Origin: Spirochaetia bacterium
GTDB taxonomy: Bacteria > Spirochaetota > Spirochaetia > SZUA-6 > Bin103
Assembly (NCBI GenBank): GCA_965203515.1
Contig: OZ241907.1
Coordinates: 3,904,001-3,968,000 of the forward strand
Direction of reading: 5' to 3'
Length of the DNA stretch: 64,000 nt
The notes beneath the pieces were generated by a model that searched no databases, was not told the origin of the DNA, and was given only the letters and a program-made list of their open reading frames with translations. Positions 49,052 to 60,224 of the stretch are shown piece after piece. Within the stretch, counting starts at the first letter, position 1, and the number at the start of each line of letters is the position of its first letter. The position numbers and the translations under genes were made by a program.

Positions 49052-50343
49052 TGGCGATATTCGATTACGAATGGTGCGACGACGCCGAGCCGTCTTCGGA
49101 CCGCGTTTCGCAGTACACGATGGCGCGTGTTCGCATCGAAGCTCGTGGTCACGTCGTTACTTCATTATATGACCGCTATCTGAAGGAGTACCGCGATCAC
49201 GTCTTCGTACCACTCGCGCATGTCGCCGAGTGGCTGGCCGCCAATTGGTGGCACCTGTGGTACGAGGCTGCCTACGTATCAGGTGAGCAGAGGCATGGAT
49301 TCCTTGCCAGGCACGATCTTGCCCACGCGGGAAACGGGTTCGTCCTCCCTCGTCTGACGTTCGTTCCCGTCGGGGATCGGATCCGGGCGAAAGCGCGTGG
49401 CTGGAGCCCGAAGCACGCGCCGCTGGAGTTTCGTTCCGAATGCGATGTCCTGCTCGATCGTGACGAACTGCAACAGGAGTTTCGATCTCTCGTCGGCAAC
49501 GTGATCGAGCGGCTGCGCAAGAAGCGGACGCCGCTCGAATCGTTGGAGTCCGAGTGGCGCGCCATCGAATCACTCGATCATGAAGAACGAGAGTTCTGCC
49601 AGGCCGCCGCGCTCATGGGACTCGATCCGTTCGACATCGACGAGCCAACGGCAGATCGGATTGCGTGGGCTTGGAATCGGACGAATCCAGCGCTACGCGC
49701 AGAATTGCTGGGCGCTGCCTCCCAGGAACACTCGTTGGACACTATCAACGAGTGGTTGGGTCGTTGTCTCGAATCCGCAGAACGGGGACGGAGTGGGAGC
49801 AGCTGGCAGACGGTCCGGCATGCCGTGCAGCGCAGGGGAGCCAACGGCGACCTGCCGTGGCAGCGGGGATACGATGACGCCCGAGCGGTTCGTGAGGAAC
49901 TGGCCGCCGAGCCGGGCAGATTTGACTTTGAACAGAGTGGCCAATTTGGAGTATGGAATCGGGAGGACCGATCTCCGTCACCCCGAATCGACGGAATCGT
50001 GGCGTCCGACTCTCCTTCGTGTGTGGTGATCCGCAAGCCGGAGGCGGGGAAGTGGTTCCTGCTCGCGCGGGCTCTCGGCGACTACATTGGGCGCGAAGAA
50101 CCCACACCCGCCATACTGGGGTCGCTCGACACCGCCCGGCAGGCTCGGTCGCGGGCGTTCGCCGCCGAGTTTCTTGCGCCCGCCGAATGGCTTTGGACAC
50201 AGGTGAAAGGCGCCGAGTCGGTGGACGACGAGGCGGTGGACGAATTCGCGGCTGAGTTGGGCGTATCGAGCTGGGTGGTCCGGCATCAGATACGGAACCA
50301 CCACCTCGCCGAAATCCCAAGTCCCGTATGGCCATCCGATTGA
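49051..50343 (+). CDS. Hypothetical protein with a C-terminal ImmA/IrrE-like domain lacking HExxH
   Basis: WFLLARALGDYI...RSRAFAAEFLAP...AAELGVSSWVVRHQIRN; N-terminal AEWLAANWWHLWYE and HDL..AGNGF.LP. Confidence 0.72.
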   Translation: MAIFDYEWCDDAEPSSDRVSQYTMARVRIEARGHVVTSLYDRYLKEYRDHVFVPLAHVAEWLAANWWHLWYEAAYVSGEQRHGFLARHDLAHAGNGFVLPRLTFVPVGDRIRAKARGWSPKHAPLEFRSECDVLLDRDELQQEFRSLVGNVIERLRKKRTPLESLESEWRAIESLDHEEREFCQAAALMGLDPFDIDEPTADRIAWAWNRTNPALRAELLGAASQEHSLDTINEWLGRCLESAERGRSGSSWQTVRHAVQRRGANGDLPWQRGYDDARAVREELAAEPGRFDFEQSGQFGVWNREDRSPSPRIDGIVASDSPSCVVIRKPEAGKWFLLARALGDYIGREEPTPAILGSLDTARQARSRAFAAEFLAPAEWLWTQVKGAESVDDEAVDEFAAELGVSSWVVRHQIRNHHLAEIPSPVWPSD

Positions 50344-50366
50344 ATGTGAATAGAGCGGATTGGACG

Positions 50367-51463
<1,097 letters not shown>

Positions 51464-51467
<4 letters not shown>

Positions 51468-52492
51468 GACAGCCGCTCCTCCGCCGGCCGCGCCGCCTCG
51501 CCGTGCAGGAAGCAGCGTACCTGATGGGAACGATCGAGCCGGGTCAGCGCCGGCTCCGCCTCCGTGCAGCGCGGCATCGCCTGCGGGCACCGGTCGGCGA
51601 ACCGGCAACCGGGCAGCCGCCGGCGCGGGTCGGGCAGGTGGCCGGGAATCGCGCGCAGCGGCTGCCGGGTGGCCGCCCCCGTCAGCGCCGGCACCGACGC
51701 CAGCAGTCCCTGGGTGTAGGGATGCTGCGGCTCCCTGAATATCCGTCGCACCGGCGCCGACTCCACGACGACGCCGGCGTACATCACCACCACGCGGTCG
51801 ACGAAGCCCGCCACCACCGCCAGATCGTGGGTGATGAAGACGATCGCCGTGCGGACCCGTTCCTTCAGCGACCGCATCAGCCGCAGGATCTGCGCCTGGA
51901 TGGTGACGTCCAGCGCCGTGGTCGGCTCGTCGGCGATCAGCAGCGCCGGCTCGCACGCCAGCGCGATGGCGATCATCGCCCGCTGCCGCAACCCGCCGGA
52001 GAGCTGAAACGGATAGTCGCGGACCCGCAGGTGCGGATCGGACATGCCGACCAGGCGGAGCAGGCCGACCGCCTCCTGCCGCGCCTGGCGCCGGTCCATG
52101 CCGCGGTGCAGGCTGAGCGCCTCGCCGATCTGGTCGCCGATCGAAAAGACCGGATTGAGGGAGGTCATCGGCTCCTGGAAGATCATCGAGATGTCGTTGC
52201 CCCGCACCGCGCGCATGTCGCGGTCGGTCAGCGTGGTCAGCTCGCGCCCCCGCAGGCGGATCGATCCGCGCTCGATGCGGCCGGGCGGTTCGGGCAGCAG
52301 CCGCATGACCGCCAGGGAGGTGACCGACTTGCCGCAGCCGGACTCGCCGACCAGTCCCACCGTCTCGCTTTCGCCCACCTGCAGGTCGAGCCCGTCCACG
52401 GCGCGCACCACGTGGTCGTGCAGGTGGAAGCGGACCTGCAGATCCTCGACGGCCAGCACCGGGCCGGCGGCGTCGACCGGCGGATCGCTCAA
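51464..52492 (-). CDS. Oligopeptide/dipeptide ABC transporter ATP-binding subunit (OppD-like)
   Basis: [28 protein letters not shown]. Confidence 0.93.
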
Positions 52493-53877
52493 TTGCGGCT
52501 CTGCGGATCGACCGCGTCGCGCAGGGCGTCGCCGACGAAGTTCCACGCCATGATGGCGATGAAGATGAAGATGCCCGGCACCAGGATCCAGGGGAAGTCC
52601 TGGAAGATGCGGTAGCCGCGCGACACCGCCAGCATCAGCCCCCAGCTCGACTGCGGTTCGGTGATGCCGAGCCCCAGGAAGCTCAGGGCCGATTCGCCCA
52701 GGATGAAAGCGGGGATGGCGAGGGTGACGTGGACGATCACGTACGACAGCGTGTTCGGCAGCACGTGGCGCCGGATGATCTTGAAGGGGCCAAGGCCGAG
52801 CGCGCGGGCGGCCAGCACGTAGTCCTCGGACCGCAGAGAGAGCACCATGCCGCGCACGATGCGGGCCAGCCCCCCCCACACGACGAAGGAGACGATCAGG
52901 ATGATCAGGAGGTAGACCTGGACGCTGTCGAGGGTGGGCGGAAAGGTCCCGCGCAGCGCCAGCAGCAGATAGAACGAGGGGAAGGCGATCAGCACTTCGG
53001 TCAGCCGCATCAGCAGGTTGTCGGCGGCGCCGCCGAAGTAGCCGGCCGCGCCGCCGATCGCCAGGCCGATCACCAGCGTGATCGACGCGCCGATCAGTCC
53101 CACGGTGAGCGACACGCGCGCGCCGTGCAGCAGGCGCGACAGCAGGTCGCGGCCGGCGTGGTCGGTGCCGAGCGGAAAGAAGCCGGCGGTGGGCGAGGCG
53201 AGCAGGTGCGTGCGGGCGGTGAACAGCCCCAGGAACCGGTACGGCACCCCGCGTACCAGAAAGCCCACGAAGTTCTTGTTGCCCTTGGCGATGATCAGCT
53301 CCGCGGTCGGCGCCGACGGCCGGCCGATCGCCAGGCGCACGGTGCGGTGCAGGTCGCGGCGCGGGTCGCGCTCCACCTCCGCGATCAGCGCGCGCAGCTC
53401 GGCCGTCGCCGCGTGGTCCGGCGCCAGCCCGTAGTGGCGCCGGAACGCGGTGACCGCCGCGCTCGCGCGCGCCGCCGCGGAGTCCTGCATCGCCGCGGCG
53501 CGCAGCTCGCCGCGACCGGCCGCCGTCTCCTGCGAGATCACGCGGATGGTGTGTCGAGGCACGCGGCCGTAGGTGCGCAACGCCTGATTGACGATCCGCA
53601 TCTCGAACGTGAACGGCCGGACCACCACGCGGCCGCCGTCGGCGTAGCTGAAGTGGACGCGGGTCGGCGGCTGATACGACTTGGTCTTGTCGGTCCAGCG
53701 CATGGTCGCCGGCGACAGCGGGTCGGCCAGCAGCGCCAGCCCGTACAGGACGAGCAGCGCCGCGGCGCCGATCTTGCCGAGCTGATGCTTCCTGAACCGC
53801 CGCCAGTAGATCTGGGCCAGCGACTCGCCCAGCTCCGGCATGGCGCCGCGCGCGGTCGCCGGCGTCGGGCCGCTCAC
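52489..53877 (-). CDS. Oligopeptide ABC transporter permease (OppC-like) with a large inserted loop
   Basis: YWRRFRKH, LGTDHAGRDLLSR..GARVSL, EDYVLAARALG, ESALSFLGLG. Confidence 0.9.
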   Translation of the reverse strand: MSGPTPATARGAMPELGESLAQIYWRRFRKHQLGKIGAAALLVLYGLALLADPLSPATMRWTDKTKSYQPPTRVHFSYADGGRVVVRPFTFEMRIVNQALRTYGRVPRHTIRVISQETAAGRGELRAAAMQDSAAARASAAVTAFRRHYGLAPDHAATAELRALIAEVERDPRRDLHRTVRLAIGRPSAPTAELIIAKGNKNFVGFLVRGVPYRFLGLFTARTHLLASPTAGFFPLGTDHAGRDLLSRLLHGARVSLTVGLIGASITLVIGLAIGGAAGYFGGAADNLLMRLTEVLIAFPSFYLLLALRGTFPPTLDSVQVYLLIILIVSFVVWGGLARIVRGMVLSLRSEDYVLAARALGLGPFKIIRRHVLPNTLSYVIVHVTLAIPAFILGESALSFLGLGITEPQSSWGLMLAVSRGYRIFQDFPWILVPGIFIFIAIMAWNFVGDALRDAVDPQSRN

Positions 53878-54854
53878 GTCACCCGGATCCGGGGGTCGGT
53901 GACCGCCAGCAGGATGTCGGCCAGCAGATTGCCCAGCATCAGCAGGATCACGCCGTAGATCAGGCTGCCGGATACCAGGTACGGGTCCTGATTGAGCAGC
54001 CCGGCCAGGATCAGCTTGCCCAGGCCCGGCCAGCCGGTGACGATCTCCACCAGCGCGGCGCCGCCCAGGATGTCGCCGATCGTGAAGCCCAGGATGGTGA
54101 TCATCGGATTGACCGCGTTGCGCAGCGCGTGCTTGAGGATCACGACCCGGTCGGCCAGCCCCTTGGCGCGGGCGGTGGTGATGTACTGCCGGCCCAGCAC
54201 CTCCAGCATGTTGGCGCGCATGATCCGGGTCAGTCCCGCGGTGATCGCGGTCGAGATCACCAGCGCCGGCACCACCAGATGCTTGGCCAGATCCCAAACC
54301 CTGCCGAACCAGGAGAGCTGGTCGTGATCGATCGAGGTCATGCCGCCGATCGGCAGCCAGCTCCCGGTTGACGAGATCACGTACAGCAGGAGCGACGCCA
54401 GGAAGAAGTTCGGGATCGACAGCCCGAAGAACGCCAGCACCGCGATCGACTGGTCCTGCCACCGGTACTGCCAGACGGCGGCAGCGATACCGGCGGGCAC
54501 CGAAAACCCCCACGCCAGCAGCAGCGACACCACCGCCAGCAGCAGCGTGTTGGCGGCGCGCTGCCGGACCAGCGCGAATACCGGCGCCTTGAAGGTCTGC
54601 GAGTAGCCAAAGTCGCCCTGCGCGGCGTTCCACAGGTAGCGTCCGAACTGCACGTACCATGGCCGGTCCAGGCCGAAGTTGGCGCGGAACCGCTCCAGGT
54701 CCTCGGGGCGGATGTCCGGGTTGAGCGCGTACTCGGTGTAGACGTCGCCCGGCGCGAGCTGGATCAGCCAGAAGGCGATGGCAAGCGTCACGACCAGGAT
54801 CGGCACGGCGTTGAGCAGACGCCGGCCGACGACGCGCAGCAGCGACAGGCTCAC
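53874..54854 (-). CDS. Oligopeptide ABC transporter permease (OppB-like)
   Basis: APGD, GLDRP, YITTARAKGL, HALRNA, WPGLG, DPRIR. Confidence 0.93.
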   Translation of the reverse strand: MSLSLLRVVGRRLLNAVPILVVTLAIAFWLIQLAPGDVYTEYALNPDIRPEDLERFRANFGLDRPWYVQFGRYLWNAAQGDFGYSQTFKAPVFALVRQRAANTLLLAVVSLLLAWGFSVPAGIAAAVWQYRWQDQSIAVLAFFGLSIPNFFLASLLLYVISSTGSWLPIGGMTSIDHDQLSWFGRVWDLAKHLVVPALVISTAITAGLTRIMRANMLEVLGRQYITTARAKGLADRVVILKHALRNAVNPMITILGFTIGDILGGAALVEIVTGWPGLGKLILAGLLNQDPYLVSGSLIYGVILLMLGNLLADILLAVTDPRIRVT

Positions 54855-54909
54855 GGCCCGGTTCCCCTACTCGATCATTCCGGCACTGACATTCCGGCAC
54901 TGACGGAGA

Positions 54910-54935
54910 GAGCCCGGGACGCGCGTCCCGGGCTC
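54910..54935. terminator. Perfect 26-bp palindrome between the binding-protein and permease genes (stem-loop; attenuator or mRNA stabiliser)
   Basis: gagcccgggacgc|gcgtcccgggctc; no clear U-tract. Confidence 0.55.
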
Positions 54936-54949
54936 GTCTGTCGTACGCG

Positions 54950-56737
54950 CTACTTCACGTAGAGCCGGTCGACGATGCCGGTCATCGCGAACCCGTTGAG
55001 CGGGTGCGGCTTGATGTTGCCGAAGGTGTTGCGATAGGCGTGCATCACGGCCGGGGCGAACGTGTAGGCCCACGGGACCGCTTCGATCCAGAGCTCCTGC
55101 AGCTTGCGGTAGCCGCGGGTGCGCTGCTCATCGTCGGTGGTCAGGTTGGCCTCGTCCCAGGCGGCATCGACGGCGACCTCCCAGTCGCGGCGCGGCGATT
55201 CCTGGCTCGGCTCGATCATGTGCAGACCGCCGTGCGAGGGATAGACGTTGGCGCCCGACACCGGATCGACCGATCCGGTCAGGCCGATCAGGATCATCTG
55301 CCAGTCGAAGGAGGAGACCAGCCGGGTTACCAGCTCGTTGAACGCCTCCGGCTTGAAGGTGACGTCGATGCCGGCGTTCCGCGCCTCCTGGCTGAACAGC
55401 TCGCCGATCTGCTCGCGCACGGTGTTGCCGGCGTTGGTGTTGAGGATGAGCTCGATCTTGTTGCCGTCCGGATCCTCGCGCACGCCGTCCCCGTCGCGGT
55501 CGACGTAGCCGATCGAGTCGAGCAGCTCCCCGGCGCGCTCCGGGTCGTACTTGAGGGCGGCGTCGGCGGCGCCCTCCCAGTAGTAGGGAGAGACGGTCCA
55601 GACGAACGAGTACTGCGGGTAGCCGAAGCCGAAGGCGATGTTGTTGATGATGGTCTGACGGTCGATCAGGTGCGCCATCGCCTGCCGGAACTTCTGGTTC
55701 GACAGCCAGGTCAGCGCCGGCGGCTCGATGCCGCCGTCATCCTCGCCCTCGATCGGGTTCTGGTTGAAGGTGATGAACTGCGTGCTGGAGGCCGGACCGA
55801 CGTTGTAGATCAGGAAGTCGTCGGGTTCCTGCATGTCGACCAGGACGCCGTAGTCCTCGCCGCGCAGACCCCAGGCGTCCGACTCGCCGGCGATGAACCG
55901 GGCCAGGCCGGTGTCCTGATCCTCCACGAACTCGATCACGAACTCGTCCAGGTAGGGGAGTTGCTGGCCCCACTCGTCCTGCTCGTAGTAGCGGGGGTTG
56001 GGCGTCATCACCACCCGCTGGCTCGGCAGGTACTCGCCGATCATGAAGGGCCCGTTGCCGACGATGGTCGTCACGTCGGTATCGACGCCCCAGAAGGAGT
56101 TGACCGCGGCGGCGCCCTCCGCCTCGATCAGCGGCTCGAAGATGTGGCGCGGCAGCGGCGCGATCGAGGCGACCTCGAAGATGCCCGCGTACACCGACGG
56201 CAGCGTGATGCGGTAGGTCAGATCGTCGATCAGCTCGAACGTGGCCAACTCGCCGCCGATCAGCAGGGCGTCGCGGTCGTCGGTCTCCACGTCTTCGTTG
56301 AGGACGATCTCGTTGACGGTCCAGACGACCTCGTCGGCGGTCAGCGGGTCGCCGTCGGACCAGGTGAGGCCGCTGCGCAGCCGCAACGTGATCGTCTTCT
56401 GGTCCTCGGAGATCTCCCAGCTCTCCGCCAGGTCCGGCTCCCACTCCAGGGTGAGCTGGTTGCGGCGCACGGCGCCGGCGAACATGCGGCTGGTGATGTC
56501 GGTGGTCGAGGTCTCCTTGGCCAGCACCGGATTGAAGGTCTTGGGGTCGGACACGCTGGTAATGACGAACCGGCCGCCGTGGCTGCCGCGCTCCCACGCG
56601 GAGTGATCGACCGGCGTCAACAGGTCGATCGGGCTCATTTCCTCGGCCATGGCCTCGTCTTCCTGGACGGGGGCCGCCCAGGCGCCGGCAACGACTGCGC
56701 AGGCGATCAGGATGGCAAGAATGCTCTTGTTCATCAT
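54950..56737 (-). CDS. ABC transporter substrate-binding protein, family 5 (OppA-like)
   Basis: Signal peptide, DPKTFNP, PDLAESWE, WSDG.PLTA, GNGPF, FRQAM. Confidence 0.93.
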   Translation of the reverse strand: MMNKSILAILIACAVVAGAWAAPVQEDEAMAEEMSPIDLLTPVDHSAWERGSHGGRFVITSVSDPKTFNPVLAKETSTTDITSRMFAGAVRRNQLTLEWEPDLAESWEISEDQKTITLRLRSGLTWSDGDPLTADEVVWTVNEIVLNEDVETDDRDALLIGGELATFELIDDLTYRITLPSVYAGIFEVASIAPLPRHIFEPLIEAEGAAAVNSFWGVDTDVTTIVGNGPFMIGEYLPSQRVVMTPNPRYYEQDEWGQQLPYLDEFVIEFVEDQDTGLARFIAGESDAWGLRGEDYGVLVDMQEPDDFLIYNVGPASSTQFITFNQNPIEGEDDGGIEPPALTWLSNQKFRQAMAHLIDRQTIINNIAFGFGYPQYSFVWTVSPYYWEGAADAALKYDPERAGELLDSIGYVDRDGDGVREDPDGNKIELILNTNAGNTVREQIGELFSQEARNAGIDVTFKPEAFNELVTRLVSSFDWQMILIGLTGSVDPVSGANVYPSHGGLHMIEPSQESPRRDWEVAVDAAWDEANLTTDDEQRTRGYRKLQELWIEAVPWAYTFAPAVMHAYRNTFGNIKPHPLNGFAMTGIVDRLYVK

Positions 56738-56844
56738 CGTGGCTTTGCAACCTCCTGTGAGATCGGGATGCCGCCCATTCTACGTCATTTCGCCGGTCGT
56801 TGCCTGCCGGTCCCGGCAGGGGAGCCGCGCTGTGCCCGACCAGC

Positions 56845-57330
56845 TCAGAAGAACGTGCGGGCGGCGGCGCTCTCGATGCGGAACAGCGGCCGGCCGGCGC
56901 TCATGCCGGGCCAGGGAATCGCCGCGCCGACCAGGAGCAGGGTGACCAGCACCGCGATCACGGTACGGCGGAAGCGCCGCTCGGCCGCCGCGCGCTTGAT
57001 GCGGCCGGCGGCGATGTGCATGAAGGTGGTCGCGACCGCCATCAGCAGCGCGTGCTCCGCCAGGAAGTAGCGGAGCTGGCCGTCGCGCATCGCCGCGCCG
57101 ATATCCTCGAACGCCGCGCGCACCAGCGGGCTGAACGCCACGTACAGCAGCAGCCCGATCAGGAACTGCAGGGACAGCAGGTGGGTCGCCGCCTGCAGCA
57201 GCGCGGTGTCGACCGGCCGCCACGGCGTGCGCCGGGCCCAGCCGGCCGCGCCGCGCGCGAGCAGCAGCAGGAACAGCGCCAGCAGCGGCCAGCGCAGCCA
57301 GGAGTGGACCAGCAGGACGATCGTGTACAC
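56845..57330 (-). CDS. Hypothetical membrane protein (4 TM)
   Basis: HSWLRW, HLLSLQFLIG, EHALLM, AIPWP; the conserved-looking His residues could bind heme or metal. Confidence 0.75.
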   Translation of the reverse strand: MYTIVLLVHSWLRWPLLALFLLLLARGAAGWARRTPWRPVDTALLQAATHLLSLQFLIGLLLYVAFSPLVRAAFEDIGAAMRDGQLRYFLAEHALLMAVATTFMHIAAGRIKRAAAERRFRRTVIAVLVTLLLVGAAIPWPGMSAGRPLFRIESAAARTFF

Positions 57331-57363
57331 GCCGGCACAGGGTAGGCGGCTGCGCGGCCGGCA

Positions 57364-58773
57364 TCAACACGCCGCGGCGTACCGCCGCACCAGCGCCCGG
57401 AAGCGGTCGCCGCGGTCGAACTCGTTGCGGAACATCCCGAACGACGCGCAACCGGGCGACAGCAGCACCGTAGCGCCCGGCTCGGCCGCCCGCAGCGCCG
57501 CGCCGAAGGCGTCGTCCAGCGAGTCGAACGGTCCGTCGCACCGCACCCCGGCGCCGCGCAGCGCCGCGCCGAGCTTGGCCGTGGCGCTGCCGGCCAGCAG
57601 CACGCAACGGTGCAGGGGGCCGGCCGCGGCCGCCAAGGTCGAGAAGTCGAGCTCCTTGTCGGCGCCGCCCGCCAGCAGCACCACCGGCGCCGGTACGGCG
57701 GCCAGCGCCGCCGCGGTCGCCTCCGGAATGGTGGCCGCCGAGTCGTTCACGAACCGCACGCCGGCCGCCTCGCCCACCGGCTCCAGCCGGTGCGGCAGTC
57801 CTTCGAAGCGGTTCAGGGCGCGGCGTATGGCGGCCGGTTCGCTGCCGAACGCGGCCGCCGCGGCCGCCGCCGCCAGCAGGTTGGCGGCGATGGCGCGTTG
57901 GCCCCGGCCCGCGGCCGCGCCCCGCACGGCGTCGAACGCCGCTCCGCGTCGGCCGCCGACCGACACGCGGCCGGCGCCGTCCTCAAGCCAGGCGCCGTCT
58001 CCCGCCGGCCGCCGCCGGGTGGAGAACAGCACGATGCGCGCGGCGGCGTCGGCGGCGAAGCGCCGGTGCCACGGATCGTCGGCGTTGAGCACCAGCGTGG
58101 CGTCCGGCGGCTGCCCGGCGGCGATCACGCGCTTGTCCTGCAGGTACTCCTCCATGGAGGCGTACCGGTTCTGATGGTCGCGCAACAGGTTGGTGACCAC
58201 GGCCACGGCCGGCGCCAGCAGGCCGCGGCCGCGCAGGTCGCCGAGCTGCCACGACGACAGCTCCAGCACCACCGGGGTATCGGCCGTCAGCGCTTCGAGG
58301 AACTCCAGGGGCGACCCGCCGATGTTGCCGCCCAGCCGCACGCCGGGGTGGTCGGCGCGCAGGACCGCGGCCAGGGCGGCCGCGGTCGTCGACTTGCCCT
58401 TGCTGCCGGTGACCGCCAGCACCGGCGCCGGACAGCGGGCCAGGAACAACGACTGGTCGGTCTGCAGGTCCGCTCCGGCGGCGGTGGCGGCGGCCAGGAA
58501 CGGCGAGTCGGGCGGCACGCCGGGGTTCTTGACGACCAGGTCGGCGCCGGTGAAGTCGCTCATCCGATGGCCGCCGAGCGCCAGCCGCACCTCCGCCGGC
58601 AGCGCGTCGACGGCGGGGCGCAGCTCGTCGGCGGTCTTGAGATCGGTAACGGTGACGCGGGCGCCCTGCGCGTGCAGGAAGCGGGCGGCGCCCAGGCCGC
58701 CGCCGGCGATGCCGAGCCCCATGACGGTAGCGCGCAGCCCGCGCAGGTTCGCGGACCGCCGCCGCCCGGTCAG
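57364..58773 (-). CDS. murD: UDP-N-acetylmuramoyl-L-alanine:D-glutamate ligase
   Basis: VMGLGIAGGG, KNPGVP, VTGSKGKSTT, GGNIG, LELSSWQL, HRLE, NDSAAT, LLSPGCASF. Start uncertain (CTG 58773 or ATG 58722). Confidence 0.92.
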   Translation of the reverse strand: MTGRRRSANLRGLRATVMGLGIAGGGLGAARFLHAQGARVTVTDLKTADELRPAVDALPAEVRLALGGHRMSDFTGADLVVKNPGVPPDSPFLAAATAAGADLQTDQSLFLARCPAPVLAVTGSKGKSTTAAALAAVLRADHPGVRLGGNIGGSPLEFLEALTADTPVVLELSSWQLGDLRGRGLLAPAVAVVTNLLRDHQNRYASMEEYLQDKRVIAAGQPPDATLVLNADDPWHRRFAADAAARIVLFSTRRRPAGDGAWLEDGAGRVSVGGRRGAAFDAVRGAAAGRGQRAIAANLLAAAAAAAAFGSEPAAIRRALNRFEGLPHRLEPVGEAAGVRFVNDSAATIPEATAAALAAVPAPVVLLAGGADKELDFSTLAAAAGPLHRCVLLAGSATAKLGAALRGAGVRCDGPFDSLDDAFGAALRAAEPGATVLLSPGCASFGMFRNEFDRGDRFRALVRRYAAAC

Positions 58774-60224
58774 TTGGAGGTCCCTCCGGCGGCGCCGGGC
58801 GCCGGCGAGTCCTCCGCCTGCAGCGCGGCGGCGGGAACCGGCTCGCGCTCCAGCGGCTCCAACCGCTCGATCGCCCAGTCCTTGCCGTTCCAACGGAGCC
58901 GGAGCCGATCGGTCACGAGCACCCCCGGCGGACTCGATTCGACCGCGATGTCCTCGATGTTGGGCGTCCAGAAGTGGTAGCGGGCCGCGAACAGCGGCTC
59001 GGTTCCGTCCTGCTCCATGCGGACCTCCAGATCGGTGATCCCGTACACGCGGAGCGGCGATATGTCCGGGCGGCCCATCTCGTCCCACTCCGTCGCCGGC
59101 ACCACGCGGGTCGGGCCGCGGCCGGCCATCGCCATGCGGGATTCCAGGAACATGTGCAGCGTCTCGTTGATCAGGGCGCGGCCGGCGTCGCCGGTGACCG
59201 CGTCCTCCATCGGCTCGGTATCGAGCGTGTTGACGGAAGCGTAGAAGAGCTCCACGACCTCCACCGGCTGCAGCCCGCGGGTGACCGGCGGGGCCAGCGC
59301 CCGTCCGACGATCGGCACCAGGATCGCCAGCGCGACCGCCGCGCCGGCGCCCCAACCGAGCAGGCGGCGCCAGTTGCGGTTGAAGAACCGGCTGCGCGCG
59401 TAGCGGCGCTCGGCCTGCTCGGCTTCGGCCTCGGCAGCGGCCGACGCCGCCGGCTGCGGATCGCCGAGCTTCGCCAGCGCGTCCGCCGCGGCGCGGCCTC
59501 CCAACAGGCCGCTCCAGGCGGAGAGGGCCGGCACGGCCTGCGCGCCCTGACCCAGGGACGCCAGCACGGCGTCGCTCAGCTCGACCGGCGCCGACGGCTG
59601 GAAGGTGCGGGGCGACACCACCTGCAGCCCGCGCACCCGGTCGTGCACCTCCTCCTCGGATTCGCCTTCGAACGGGTAACGCCCGCACAATGCCCGGTAG
59701 ACGGCGACGCCGAGCGTGAACGCGAGTTGGTCGGGACCTTGCCGGTGCGGGTGCCGGTAGCGCTCGACGCTCGCCAGCCGCTCGGCGGGCGGCTTGACGC
59801 CGTTCAGCCGCTCCATCACCGCCGGCGGCAGGAACAGCAGACGGTCGTCGTCGGTGAAGACCACCGCGTCGCCCTGAATCGGTCCCGTGAACTCGACCCG
59901 GTCGGCCAGCGCTTCCAGCGCCATGGCCAGCAGGCGCAGGCGCCGGCTCCGGGCCGGCGACGGGGCCTCCCCGAGCGCGGCGTCCAGCGTGACGCCGTCG
60001 ACCCAGGGACCGACCACGTATACCTGATCCCGGTAGTGGCGGTAGCCGGCGAAGCGCCAGACGCCGACGGTCGGCGAGTGCCCGGCGTCGAAGTCGGAGA
60101 CGATCCAGCCGTCCGACTGCGCCACCGCGCCGAGCTGGGCAAGGCTGTACTGGTTGTGCCGAGGCCCGGCCGGAATGGCGAGCAGCGCCTCGCCTTCCAG
60201 ATCGAGCCGCAGTGGCCGTTCCAC
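58770..60224 (-). CDS. Hypothetical membrane protein with a degenerate protein-kinase-like N-terminal region
   Basis: YRHP..DQLAFTLGVAVYRALCGRYPF resembles the kinase C-lobe; single TM (LLGWGAGAAVALAILVPIV); extracytoplasmic C-terminus. Confidence 0.7.
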   Translation of the reverse strand: MERPLRLDLEGEALLAIPAGPRHNQYSLAQLGAVAQSDGWIVSDFDAGHSPTVGVWRFAGYRHYRDQVYVVGPWVDGVTLDAALGEAPSPARSRRLRLLAMALEALADRVEFTGPIQGDAVVFTDDDRLLFLPPAVMERLNGVKPPAERLASVERYRHPHRQGPDQLAFTLGVAVYRALCGRYPFEGESEEEVHDRVRGLQVVSPRTFQPSAPVELSDAVLASLGQGAQAVPALSAWSGLLGGRAAADALAKLGDPQPAASAAAEAEAEQAERRYARSRFFNRNWRRLLGWGAGAAVALAILVPIVGRALAPPVTRGLQPVEVVELFYASVNTLDTEPMEDAVTGDAGRALINETLHMFLESRMAMAGRGPTRVVPATEWDEMGRPDISPLRVYGITDLEVRMEQDGTEPLFAARYHFWTPNIEDIAVESSPPGVLVTDRLRLRWNGKDWAIERLEPLEREPVPAAALQAEDSPAPGAAGGTSN

